Shown here piece by piece: positions 11,608 to 20,302 of a stretch of DNA of 64,000 nucleotides. A program made the position numbers and the translations under genes. The DNA lies in contig CALVAR010000009.1 in NCBI GenBank assembly GCA_944325575.1, forward strand, positions 7,761 to 71,760. The letters are read 5' to 3'. The notes under the pieces are model-generated. The model saw only the letters and a program-made list of their open reading frames with translations, was not told where the DNA came from and ran no database searches. Within the stretch, counting starts at the first letter, position 1. Each line of letters begins with the position of its first letter. The DNA comes from Candidatus Gastranaerophilales bacterium (GTDB taxonomy: Bacteria > Cyanobacteriota > Vampirovibrionia > Gastranaerophilales > Gastranaerophilaceae).

Positions 11608-11643
11608 AAAAGAGCTGAAAACAAAAGTTTTCAGCTCTTTTTA
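11608..11643. terminator. Bidirectional rho-independent terminator between convergent gyrB and hisD
   Basis: AGAGCTGAAAAC-AAAA-GTTTTCAGCTCT gives a perfect 12-bp stem. It is flanked by an A-run upstream and a T-run downstream. Confidence 0.7.
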
Positions 11644-11657
11644 TATATTTAAATTAT

Positions 11658-12899
11658 CTATGCTCTTATATCCGCTGCATTTTTGTGTGCCAAAAGCCCC
11701 TCATTCTCTGCAATTATTGCGGCTGTTTTAGATAGTTTTTTTGCAGCATTTTTATCAGCATACTGGTATGTCTGAACTTTTAGAAAATCAAAAACACTAA
11801 GCCCTCCGGAGTATCTTGCAACAGTATTGGTCGGAAGTGTATGATTTGTTCCTGCGCAATAGTCCCCGTAGACCTCTGCTGAATAGTTACCTAAAAACAA
11901 AGAACCGTAATTTGAAAACATATCCATTTTAGCCTGTGCATTTTCAATGCACAGCTCAAGATGTTCCGGTGCACGTTTTTCAGAAATTTCAACAGCCTGT
12001 TCAAGATTATCTGCAACAACAGCAAAAGATTTTTCATAAGAGATTTTTGCTATCTCCGAGGTTTTTAGCTGTTTTAACATCTCTTTTGCGTATTTATCAA
12101 CTTCTTTTGCAAACTTATGCGAGAAGCAAATAAGATAGGCTCGTGCATCCCTATCATGTTCACATTGGGCAAGCATATCTGCAGCTGTAAATCTTGCATC
12201 AGCGCTTTCATCAGCTATTATTAAAACCTCCGAAGGTCCTGCAAGAAAGTCTATACCGCAATCTCCGTAAATTTGCTTTTTTGCTGCCGTAACATATTTG
12301 TTTCCGGGTCCAACTATTTTATCTACCCTTTGGATGGTTTCTGTTCCGTAGGCCATTGCAGCTATTGCCTGTACCCCGCCGACCTTATAAATCTTATCTG
12401 CACCTGCCATATCACAGGCAACAATAGTCACATCTTTAATTCTTGGTGAACAAGCTATTACCTCTTTTACTCCTGCTGTTTTTGCAGGAATTATAGTCAT
12501 TACGGCTGTGCTTGGCAGGGGATAATTTCCGCCGGGGATATAGCAGCCGGCTCTTTTTAGCGGAATAATTCTGTGCCCGAGTTTTATTCCGTCATATTCT
12601 GTGTCCAAATTTTTTAAACATTCAAGCTGCTTTTGGGCAAATAATTTTACATTATCGATTGCCGTTTTTATTGCATCAATAGTTTTTTTATCAACATTTT
12701 TATAGGCTTTTTTTATTTCATCTTTTGAAACTTCAAGAGAGTCAAGCAATCCGTCTCCGAACTGTCTGGAATATTTTATAAGCGCACCGTCTCCGCTTTT
12801 TTTTACATCGTCAATGATATCATTCACGCTCTTAATTGTTTCAAATTCAATATTTGCAAAAAATTCATCGGGAATTTCATTGTAGTTAAATATATTCAT
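11658..12899 (-). CDS. hisD: Histidinol dehydrogenase
   Basis: LAGPSEVLIIAD, QCEHD and GDYCAGTNHTLPT (Zn/substrate motifs) with the overall HisD length. The start overlaps the rnpA stop (ATGA-type 4-nt overlap). Confidence 0.9.
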   Translation of the reverse strand: MNIFNYNEIPDEFFANIEFETIKSVNDIIDDVKKSGDGALIKYSRQFGDGLLDSLEVSKDEIKKAYKNVDKKTIDAIKTAIDNVKLFAQKQLECLKNLDTEYDGIKLGHRIIPLKRAGCYIPGGNYPLPSTAVMTIIPAKTAGVKEVIACSPRIKDVTIVACDMAGADKIYKVGGVQAIAAMAYGTETIQRVDKIVGPGNKYVTAAKKQIYGDCGIDFLAGPSEVLIIADESADARFTAADMLAQCEHDRDARAYLICFSHKFAKEVDKYAKEMLKQLKTSEIAKISYEKSFAVVADNLEQAVEISEKRAPEHLELCIENAQAKMDMFSNYGSLFLGNYSAEVYGDYCAGTNHTLPTNTVARYSGGLSVFDFLKVQTYQYADKNAAKKLSKTAAIIAENEGLLAHKNAADIRA

Positions 12900-13258
12900 T
12901 TTATCCTCTCTACAATTTTATAAAAAGAATTTTCAATGTCTTTTAGTTTTAAAGAGTAATGTTTCTCAGAAATTTTGGGCATAACAATAAAAGACATATA
13001 TTTATTCAAATTGCCAAGCTTTTCGTTTTTTATAGCAAGTCTTATGCATTCTCGCAAAAGTCTCTTTATCCTGTTTCGTTTAGTAGAACGTTTATGATAT
13101 TTTTTGCTTACTACAAAACCGAATTTTGAAGGAACGCTGATGTCCTTTTTTTCTCTGCCTATATACACCGTCATAACAGAATCAGAGAGAATCTTGTGAT
13201 TTTTATATGTGGCATCAAATGCCTTTGTATTTTTAAGTCTGTATTTTTTAGGAAGCAT
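12896..13258 (-). CDS. rnpA: Ribonuclease P protein component
   Basis: 120 aa, basic, with KRSTKRNRIKRLLRE (the RNR motif). It lies immediately downstream of rpmH, as in most bacteria. Confidence 0.9.
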   Translation of the reverse strand: MLPKKYRLKNTKAFDATYKNHKILSDSVMTVYIGREKKDISVPSKFGFVVSKKYHKRSTKRNRIKRLLRECIRLAIKNEKLGNLNKYMSFIVMPKISEKHYSLKLKDIENSFYKIVERIK

Positions 13259-13286
13259 AATTACAATTGAACTCTAAAATTAAAAA

Positions 13287-13321
13287 AGACCTGCATAATG
13301 TTAGATGGCAGGTCTTTTTTT
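13287..13321 (-). terminator. Intercistronic hairpin/attenuator between rpmH and rnpA
   Basis: AGACCTGC(13287-13294)...GCAGGTCT(13308-13315) forms an 8-bp stem with a 13-nt loop. A/T runs on both sides give a hairpin plus U-tract on either strand. Confidence 0.5.
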
Positions 13322-13347
13322 AAACTTTTTAAGACTGAAACAGCTGA

Positions 13348-13500
13348 CTAAGCTCTTTTCTTAGCCTGAATAGCCAGTCTGTGACGACCTTTTGCTCTTC
13401 TTCTGTTCATAACAGTTCTGCCGCCGGGTGTAGCCATTCTTGCTCTAAAACCGCTGACGTTCTGTCTTTTTCTTTTTGTTCCTTCTAATGTACGTCTCAT
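13348..13500 (-). CDS. rpmH: 50S ribosomal protein L34 (below the ORF-track length cut-off)
   Basis: Manual translation of the minus strand gives [50 protein letters not shown] (50 aa). It has the canonical GFRARMAT and RRRAKGR blocks, and GGAG lies upstream. Confidence 0.95.
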   Translation of the reverse strand: MRRTLEGTKRKRQNVSGFRARMATPGGRTVMNRRRAKGRHRLAIQAKKRA

Positions 13501-13604
13501 TTTATTGCTCCTTGAATTAATTTTTTTGCGTTATATCATGATAAAAAAGACACAGACAATTGTCAAATACAGACAGAATAAGAGTTAATAAAGGTTTACA
13601 CAAT

Positions 13605-14417
13605 ATGGATAAAACAATAGGGTTTATAGGTGCTGGAAAAATGGCAACAGCTATTATAAAAGGCTTATTAAAATCAGGTCTTTTTGATAAAAATCATATA
13701 ATAGCTTCCGAGCCCAATAAAGACTATGCGCACAAAATAGAAAAAGAACTTGGCATAAAAATGGTGCACAATAACCGTGAAGCAGCTGCAGAAGCTGATA
13801 TCATACTGCTTGCTGTAAAGCCATTTGTTGTAAAAGAAGTTTTGACGGAAATTGAAGACAGAATTGACTCCTCTAAAGTCATCATTACAATAGCTGCAGG
13901 AATTTCATCTTCTAGAGTAGAAGAAATACTGGAAAAAGAAGCAAGAGTTATAAAAGTTATGCCAAATACTCCTGCACTTCTGGCAGAAGGAATGAGCGCT
14001 GTGTGCAAAGGTGAACACGCTACGCAAGAGGATTTTGAAACGGTTATAAAAATATTTGAAAGTGTAGGAAAAGTAATCAAAGCAAGAGAAGAGGATATCG
14101 ACGCTATTACAGGTGTAAGCGGCTCCGGTCCGGCTTTTTATTACTATATAATTGATGCGATTGCAAAAGCAGGTGAAAAACTAGGACTTGATTACAAAAC
14201 AGCCCTGATGCTTTCTGCACAGACCGCTCTCGGCTCTGCAAAAATGATTTTGGAATCCGGTGTTGAACCGCAGCAGCTTATTACAAATGTTACTACCCCC
14301 GGAGGTACAACTGCCGAGGGTAATAAGGTCTTAGACGAAAGTAATATATCTGATATTCTTTTTGAAACTGTTGAAAAAACCGCTGAGAAGTCAAAACTTA
14401 TGTCAAAACAGCTTTAA
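13605..14417 (+). CDS. proC: Pyrroline-5-carboxylate reductase
   Basis: IGFIGAGKMATAI Rossmann motif, AVKPF, MPNTPA, and C-terminal VTTPGGTTAEG. I prefer ATG at 13605 over the TTG at 13560 because the Rossmann motif starts 5 residues later. Confidence 0.9.
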   Translation: MDKTIGFIGAGKMATAIIKGLLKSGLFDKNHIIASEPNKDYAHKIEKELGIKMVHNNREAAAEADIILLAVKPFVVKEVLTEIEDRIDSSKVIITIAAGISSSRVEEILEKEARVIKVMPNTPALLAEGMSAVCKGEHATQEDFETVIKIFESVGKVIKAREEDIDAITGVSGSGPAFYYYIIDAIAKAGEKLGLDYKTALMLSAQTALGSAKMILESGVEPQQLITNVTTPGGTTAEGNKVLDESNISDILFETVEKTAEKSKLMSKQL

Positions 14418-15286
14418 CAGGGCGATTTGCCTACTACAAGTTTGTCAAATCCAAGTTGGTCTTTCATTGATGTTTCTGTGTATGTTTTGCCGTCTTTTTC
14501 ATACGTGAATGTTTTAATATGTTCCTGTGCTTTTGCTTTATCTTCCGCACTGTTAAAGTAATATCTTGAGCCATTATAATCAATGTAGTATTCTGTTTGT
14601 TGTCCCCACTCGGGTTTAATCTCCGCTGTACCGCAGGTACGTTTTGCCCATCCTTTTTCATTTTCCATTCGAGCTTTGCTGTAATCGGAATAATTATCAA
14701 AATAATATCTTGTTCCGTCAGGAGAGTCCAGATATAGTTCGGTTCTTTTGCCGTCTTTCATATTTACGGATTCGTCCGGTTCATCGATATAAGGAATTTT
14801 GTTTCCTGCCAGATCAAAATTTGGATCTTTCAATGCGGGATTATGCGGCTCTGCTGCAGTTTGCCCTGAAGGTTTGTCAGCTTTGTTAAAATTTGCGAAA
14901 TTTTCGTCTCTGTCTGATGTTGATTTATTTGGGTTGGTATTATTGTGTGTTTCATTATAATTATTTGCAGGATTATCTGGTATTGCTCCGTCATTACCTG
15001 TGCTTTCTTCTGTTTCAGAATTCTCTGTCTTCCCTGTGTTCAATATAGATATTAGCTTTTCAAGCAATGATTCAAGATAAGAGATCAAATCTCCAAGAAT
15101 GCCTTGATTAGAATTATCTTGATTTTGTTTATTTTCAGGTTCTTCTGATTCTAATTCAGTCTCCATATCGCTAGAAACACTGCTTTGAAATTCTAATAAA
15201 TCACCTTCATCAGCAATTTGACAGCTTTGTGCTTGAACCTCCTGCTGAATGTAAGATTTAGCAATTTCCATTTTTTTGATTTCCAT
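14414..15286 (-). CDS. Hypothetical acidic/Asn-rich protein with C-terminal YYF repeats
   Basis: Long ORF. The N-terminal half is acidic and low-complexity. The C-terminal part has two similar units, DGTRYYFDNYSDYSKA and NGSRYYFNSAEDKAKA. No signal peptide seen. Confidence 0.5.
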   Translation of the reverse strand: MEIKKMEIAKSYIQQEVQAQSCQIADEGDLLEFQSSVSSDMETELESEEPENKQNQDNSNQGILGDLISYLESLLEKLISILNTGKTENSETEESTGNDGAIPDNPANNYNETHNNTNPNKSTSDRDENFANFNKADKPSGQTAAEPHNPALKDPNFDLAGNKIPYIDEPDESVNMKDGKRTELYLDSPDGTRYYFDNYSDYSKARMENEKGWAKRTCGTAEIKPEWGQQTEYYIDYNGSRYYFNSAEDKAKAQEHIKTFTYEKDGKTYTETSMKDQLGFDKLVVGKSPC

Positions 15287-15535
15287 AGCCTACCATCCTT
15301 TTTATTACTGTAACCATATCTTTTTCAATTATATAATCGTTATATTGTTTTTTTACCTTTAGGAAATATTAGATTTCGTTACAAATTTTTACACAGGCAA
15401 TTTTGAACTTAGCCTTTTTGGACTAATTCGCTTTAATAATTCAGGCAATAAATATTGAAGCTAATTTATTTATTCTGTTTATATGACGCTTATTTATAAG
15501 CAGCAATTTTAGAAATAAATAAGAAAGGTAAACAA

Positions 15536-16843
15536 ATGACTTTTAACCCGTTATTAGAAAAAGGAACACCGATAGACAAACAAATACGAAGCTGGCACGA
15601 AATAGCAAAAAAGCCGTTTAATAAAACAGATGTAGACTGTTACACAAGAACAAGACAAATACTTATGAACGGTATCGAGGTAGAAGCTTGGAATTTTAAA
15701 CACAATTTTGCAAGAAACTGCTCCGATACAGAGGTTAATAAATTTATTGCCCAGACAAGACGTATCGAAGATATGCAGCAGACAACAGTTAACTGGCTGA
15801 CTCCTGCTGACCAGTCTGTTCTTGAAACGACTCTCGGATATGAACAGGTTGCTGTGGATTTAACTGCCTGGATGGCACAAAATGAGCCTGATGATTATGT
15901 AAAAGAAACTTTTGATTTTGGTTTGTTAGAAGATTTTGACCATCTTTACAGATACAGCCAGTGGGCATATCTTGAGCACGGAATAAGCCCTAATGATATT
16001 GTACAGGGGCAGACAGATATTATGCTCAGCAGACCGACGCAAAATCACCACAATGACAACCGCATAAGGCTAAGAAAGCCCTACGACAAAGCAACTGCAC
16101 ACCCTCAGACAAAGGTAAATATCTATACTCTTGTTGCAGGCGAGCAGCAGACACACAATTATTATGCGGAACACGGTATGGAATACGGAAATCAATGCAT
16201 AAGAGAAACTTATGCGGAAATCAAAGACGTGGAAGAAGAACACGTTACTATGTATGAATCCTTAATTGACCCGACAGAATCCTTATACGAAAAACTGCTT
16301 TTACATGAGTTTGTGGAAGTCTGTACATACTACAACTGTATGGAAGACGAAGAAAACGACAGAATCAAAAAAATCTGGGAAATGTTCCTTGATTATGAGA
16401 TAGGTCATTTACAAATTGCAGCTGATTTATTCAGAAAATATGAAAAAAGAGATCCTGAAGAAGTAATCGGCACAAAAGTCGTACTCCCTTGCCGGTTTAT
16501 GTCACAAAAAGAATATGTCACAAATATTCTGGAAAACGAGATACAGAAACGACTTGATGCACAAATGGGATATACTGAAATTGATAACCTGCCGGATAAT
16601 TGGCCGAGCTATGATGTTCAGGAAAAAGTAGGTGAAGACGGTTCTCCTACTGAAATGACAATTCAGGTTATTTCAACGGCAAAAGGCAGGGATCTTGTTA
16701 TTGCAGACAAAAAGCTGAAGAAAAAACAGGTTGAACTTCTGGAAAAAGGTCTGGAAGATATTGCGCAGGCTCCTGATACGGTTTCGATAGAGGAACTTCA
16801 TGCAATGATGGATGAAGAAGAAATAGAACACGAATGTGTATAA
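15536..16843 (+). CDS. Hypothetical protein, possibly a tandem ferritin-like (di-iron four-helix-bundle) protein
   Basis: The ORF is clear (RBS aagaaaggt). Glu/His-containing helices recur (GIEVEAW, GYEQVAVD, GEQQTHNYY, VEEEHVTMYE, YEIGHLQIAADL). The family assignment is tentative. Confidence 0.45.
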   Translation: MTFNPLLEKGTPIDKQIRSWHEIAKKPFNKTDVDCYTRTRQILMNGIEVEAWNFKHNFARNCSDTEVNKFIAQTRRIEDMQQTTVNWLTPADQSVLETTLGYEQVAVDLTAWMAQNEPDDYVKETFDFGLLEDFDHLYRYSQWAYLEHGISPNDIVQGQTDIMLSRPTQNHHNDNRIRLRKPYDKATAHPQTKVNIYTLVAGEQQTHNYYAEHGMEYGNQCIRETYAEIKDVEEEHVTMYESLIDPTESLYEKLLLHEFVEVCTYYNCMEDEENDRIKKIWEMFLDYEIGHLQIAADLFRKYEKRDPEEVIGTKVVLPCRFMSQKEYVTNILENEIQKRLDAQMGYTEIDNLPDNWPSYDVQEKVGEDGSPTEMTIQVISTAKGRDLVIADKKLKKKQVELLEKGLEDIAQAPDTVSIEELHAMMDEEEIEHECV

Positions 16844-16858
16844 CCTAACAAGAATAAT

Positions 16859-16890
16859 AAGCCCCCTGATAAAACTATCAGGGGGCTTAT
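16859..16890 (+). terminator. Terminator-like hairpin after the 15536-16843 gene
   Basis: GCCCCCTGAT-AAAACT-ATCAGGGGGC, a perfect GC-rich 10-bp stem. The U-tract is weak (TTATATA). Confidence 0.55.
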
Positions 16891-16894
16891 ATAC

Positions 16895-17364
16895 TGATAA
16901 TATTTATTATGTAAAAAATGTCATCCTGAGGAGCAAAGCGAGCTCAGGATCTTACCGGCTTTGGATTTGTGTATCGGCCTGGTAAGATTCTGAACATAGC
17001 AATATTTTTGCAGCAAAGCACATTTAATGCTTCAGAATGACATTTGTTGAGTTGGGCAGGTATGCCCAACCGACAGCGCCTTAGTTACTCAGAAGCAAAC
17101 ACCTTATGCCTCCCTAAGTAAAAAACGAGAGAGCAGATATTTTATTTTAGAGTGACTTAAAATCCTACCCGCCAATGTTATACGGCACGCAGATACTTCG
17201 TATCTGACTTAGCACCTCTCATAAAAGCAACATTTAGTTGCTTTTATTCGGCAGAGTCTCTAAAAAATGATAATTAATCATTTTTTAGAGTTCTTGGAAC
17301 GAAAAAATGAAATATCTGCTATCGAATGCGAAATATTCATTTTTTCATAATAAATATTATCAAT
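16895..17364 (+). mobile_element. Copy B: full-length ~470-bp TIR-bounded, hairpin-packed non-coding element (MITE-like)
   Basis: Left end TGATAATATTTATTATGTAAAAAATG; reverse complement of the right end TTGATAATATTTATTATGAAAAAATG. Internal inverted repeats: ATCCTGAG/CTCAGGAT, ATCTTACC/GGTAAGAT, ATTCTGAA/TTCAGAAT, the REP GTTGGGCA-GGTA-TGCCCAAC (17051-17070), CAGATAC/GTATCTG, AAAGCAAC/GTTGCTTT, the 14-bp CTCTAAAAAATGAT/ATCATTTTTTAGAG, and AGCAGATATTT/AAATATCTGCT. No ORF of 60 aa or more lies inside. Confidence 0.85.
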
Positions 17365-17426
17365 ATATCTTATATTTATATTTTTAATGTTAAAATAAAC
17401 AAAAGAGTTAAGGAGAGAATTGATTT

Positions 17427-18755
17427 ATGACTACTGCTAACCAATCATTAAAACCAATAACAACAAAAATAAATGAAAAGGGACATATAGAAATAGGCGG
17501 ATGTGATCTTGTTGAACTGGCTGATAAATATGCTACACCATTATATGTTTTTGACGAAGCGACAATAAGAACAATTGCCCGCCAATACAAAAGCGCATTT
17601 GCTTCATATGATAAGGTTAGTATGTTATATGCATCAAAAGCTTTTATGACAAAAGCAATTGTGCGAATCCTTGACGAGGAGGGATTCGGCTTTGATATGG
17701 TCTCAGGCGGTGAAATTTATACAGCGCATAAAGCCGGTGCTGATATGAAAAAATGCCTTTTTAACGGTAATAATAAGTCATATGATGAACTGCAGATGGC
17801 AGTGGAACTCGGTGTGGGGCTTATATCTGTTGATAATTTTTTAGAACTTGCGTTGCTAAATGATGTAGCAAAGTCTAATAATAAAGTTGTTGATATTCTT
17901 TTAAGAGTTACACCGGGTATTGAGTGTCATACTCATGAATATATACAAACAGGACACTTGGATTCAAAATTTGGCTTTGATTTAACGCAAGTTGATTCTG
18001 CAGTAGAACTTATTGTTGATGAATATAAAAATCTGAATCTTGTAGGGCTGCATGCACATATAGGTTCGCAAATTTTTGAGACCTCAATATATTATGACGA
18101 GGTCGAAGTCTTATTAAAAGAAATGGGCAGATTAAAAGAAAAATATGGTCTAAATCTGACTCATATAAATCTTGGAGGAGGCCTTGGCATTAAGTATACA
18201 GAAGATGATATGCCGCCTTCGATTAATGAAATTGCTGAAAAAATAATTTCTTCAATAAAAGCAAATGCGCCAAAATATAACCTTGATGAACCGGAAATAC
18301 ATATTGAGCCGGGCAGAAGTATAATAGGCACATCCGGCGTTACTTTATACACTGTCGGCAGTTCAAAACAGGTTCCTAAAGGCAGAAAGTATGTCGCAGT
18401 AGACGGCGGTATGGCGGACAATCCAAGACCAAGCTTGTATCAGGCTGTTTATACTGCAGATGTTGCAAACAGGCCAAGTGATGCTAAAACTGAAACTGTT
18501 ACAATTGCTGGTCGATTCTGTGAGTCAGGCGATATTTTGATAAAAGATGCAGAAATGCCGCCTCTCGAAGAGGGTGATATACTCTGTTTCTATGATACAG
18601 GTGCTTACGGTTATTCTATGTCCAGCAATTACAATCGTGTACTAAAACCTGCTGCGGTACTTGTAAATAACTCACAATCTGATATTATTATAGATAGAGA
18701 AAGCTACGAGCATCTGGTTTCATTGGATAGGATACCTGAAAGATTAAAGGATTAA
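17427..18755 (+). CDS. lysA: Diaminopimelate decarboxylase
   Basis: PLP-dependent fold-III decarboxylase blocks: YASKAF (PLP Lys), HAHIGSQ, NLGGGLGI, EPGRSI, CESGD, TGAYGYSMSSNYN. AAGGAG RBS. Confidence 0.93.
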   Translation: MTTANQSLKPITTKINEKGHIEIGGCDLVELADKYATPLYVFDEATIRTIARQYKSAFASYDKVSMLYASKAFMTKAIVRILDEEGFGFDMVSGGEIYTAHKAGADMKKCLFNGNNKSYDELQMAVELGVGLISVDNFLELALLNDVAKSNNKVVDILLRVTPGIECHTHEYIQTGHLDSKFGFDLTQVDSAVELIVDEYKNLNLVGLHAHIGSQIFETSIYYDEVEVLLKEMGRLKEKYGLNLTHINLGGGLGIKYTEDDMPPSINEIAEKIISSIKANAPKYNLDEPEIHIEPGRSIIGTSGVTLYTVGSSKQVPKGRKYVAVDGGMADNPRPSLYQAVYTADVANRPSDAKTETVTIAGRFCESGDILIKDAEMPPLEEGDILCFYDTGAYGYSMSSNYNRVLKPAAVLVNNSQSDIIIDRESYEHLVSLDRIPERLKD

Positions 18756-18764
18756 GGCAAATAA

Positions 18765-19688
18765 GTGATAGGCGAAATTAAGGACATTCTGTTAAATCAA
18801 CTTAAAACTCTTCATTTGACCCTTAACTGGGTGAATGTTTTAGAAGTGCTTATTATCGTTGCATTTATTTTTCTGATTTATCAAAAATTTATCAAAGGTA
18901 CACAATCAGAAAAGTTGGTTAAGGGTATTTTTATACTGCTGTTTGCCTGGTTGTTCTCGGAAATTTTGATAAAATTTAACCTTCTTATTTTAGGTGTTTT
19001 CTTAAGAACCATGGTTAGTGTAATAATGTTTGGTGCCGTTATTATATTCCAGCCTGAAATAAGAAAATTTCTCGGGTATTTGGGACAGTCAAATATATTC
19101 CATGCACACCTAAAAAAAAGAAACCTTAAGGATGTACAAAAGGTTAATGTTTTAAAAGAACTAATAGAAAGTGTAAAGTATCTTTCAAAAACACGTACCG
19201 GTGCTTTGATGGTGCTTGAACGTGATGAAGATGTAAACAGTTATTCTGATGTGGGTACACAGCTTGATGCTATATTATCTACAGAGCTTCTGCTTACTAT
19301 ATTCCATCCTAATACACCTCTTCATGACGGGGCTGTGGTTATATCAGGTGATTCCATTCGTTCTGCAGGTGTATTGCTGCCTCTTACTGAGGACCCTAAA
19401 TTAAGCTGGAAATACGGGACAAGACACAGGGCTGCAATCGGTATGAGTGAGGTTTCGGATTCCGCATGTCTTGTTGTTTCTGAAGAAACGGGTGATGTAT
19501 CGATTGCACTTGACGGTACTTTAAAGAAATATGATGATATAACTCTTTTGAAAAAAGATTTAGAAATCCTTCTCGGCTACGAAGACGAGGATGTTGTTGA
19601 AGAAAATAAAACTGTTTTTAACTTCATTAAAATAAAGACCAAAAAGCAGTCTTCTTCCGATAAAAAAAGTGATAAGATGTCAAAATAG
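18765..19688 (+). CDS. cdaA: Diadenylate cyclase CdaA (membrane-anchored DAC domain)
   Basis: Three N-terminal TM helices, then DAC-domain motifs TRTGALMVLERD, PLHDGAVVI, GTRHRAAIGMSEVSD and VVSEETGDVS. GTG start. Confidence 0.88.
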   Translation: MIGEIKDILLNQLKTLHLTLNWVNVLEVLIIVAFIFLIYQKFIKGTQSEKLVKGIFILLFAWLFSEILIKFNLLILGVFLRTMVSVIMFGAVIIFQPEIRKFLGYLGQSNIFHAHLKKRNLKDVQKVNVLKELIESVKYLSKTRTGALMVLERDEDVNSYSDVGTQLDAILSTELLLTIFHPNTPLHDGAVVISGDSIRSAGVLLPLTEDPKLSWKYGTRHRAAIGMSEVSDSACLVVSEETGDVSIALDGTLKKYDDITLLKKDLEILLGYEDEDVVEENKTVFNFIKIKTKKQSSSDKKSDKMSK

Positions 19689-19693
19689 ATAAA

Positions 19694-20302
19694 ATGAATC
19701 CTATAGAAGCAATATACAAAAATAAAATTGTAGCTGTAATCAGAGCTGAAAACGCTTCTGAGGCCATTGAAAAAGCAAAGGCAATGGCTGACGGAGGTAT
19801 AAAGGTTTTTGAAATTACGATTGAAAACCGAGGATTAGTTTCTGCCATAAATGAACTGAAAAATATCCCTGATATAACCGTAATGGCCGGCAATGTAATA
19901 ACTTCAATGCAGGCACAGGAGGCTATTGATAACGGAGCACAGGCAATTGTTTCACCTGTATTCCAGAACGGTTTGTTAAAGTATTGCACGGGCTGCAAGG
20001 TTCCTCATATTGTAACTGTATCAACATCAAATGAGGCTTATAATGCTTGGAAGTCAAGAATACCGGTAATAAAATTGTTCCCTGCCAAATCTATGGGGCA
20101 GGTAGAATATCTTGAGGATCTTTTAAGACCAATGCCGTTTTTAAATCTTATGCCTTCCGGCGGATTAAGTATAGAAGACTTTGTTGATTACCTGCACGCA
20201 GGTGCTGTAGCTGTCGGCATAGGAAGAAGTCTGTATAAAAACGCAAATTTAAAAGAAATTACGGAACGCGCAAGATATGCCGTTTCTCAATTAAAACATT
20301 AA
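19694..20302 (+). CDS. eda: KDPG / 4-hydroxy-2-oxoglutarate aldolase family protein
   Basis: KIVAVIRA..A..A.A...GGIKVFEITIEN N-terminal pattern, the Schiff-base Lys context VIKLFPA, and PSGG..... near the C-terminus. Confidence 0.8.
   Translation: MNPIEAIYKNKIVAVIRAENASEAIEKAKAMADGGIKVFEITIENRGLVSAINELKNIPDITVMAGNVITSMQAQEAIDNGAQAIVSPVFQNGLLKYCTGCKVPHIVTVSTSNEAYNAWKSRIPVIKLFPAKSMGQVEYLEDLLRPMPFLNLMPSGGLSIEDFVDYLHAGAVAVGIGRSLYKNANLKEITERARYAVSQLKH

Noticed and set aside
16844-17426. Lysine riboswitch or T-box leader upstream of lysA, and similar leaders upstream of hom-thrC
   Set aside because: The lysA upstream region is fully accounted for by a terminator plus the repeat element, and I saw no L-box or T-box consensus blocks. 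The hom upstream gap (43161-43331) holds only the neighbouring gene's terminator.
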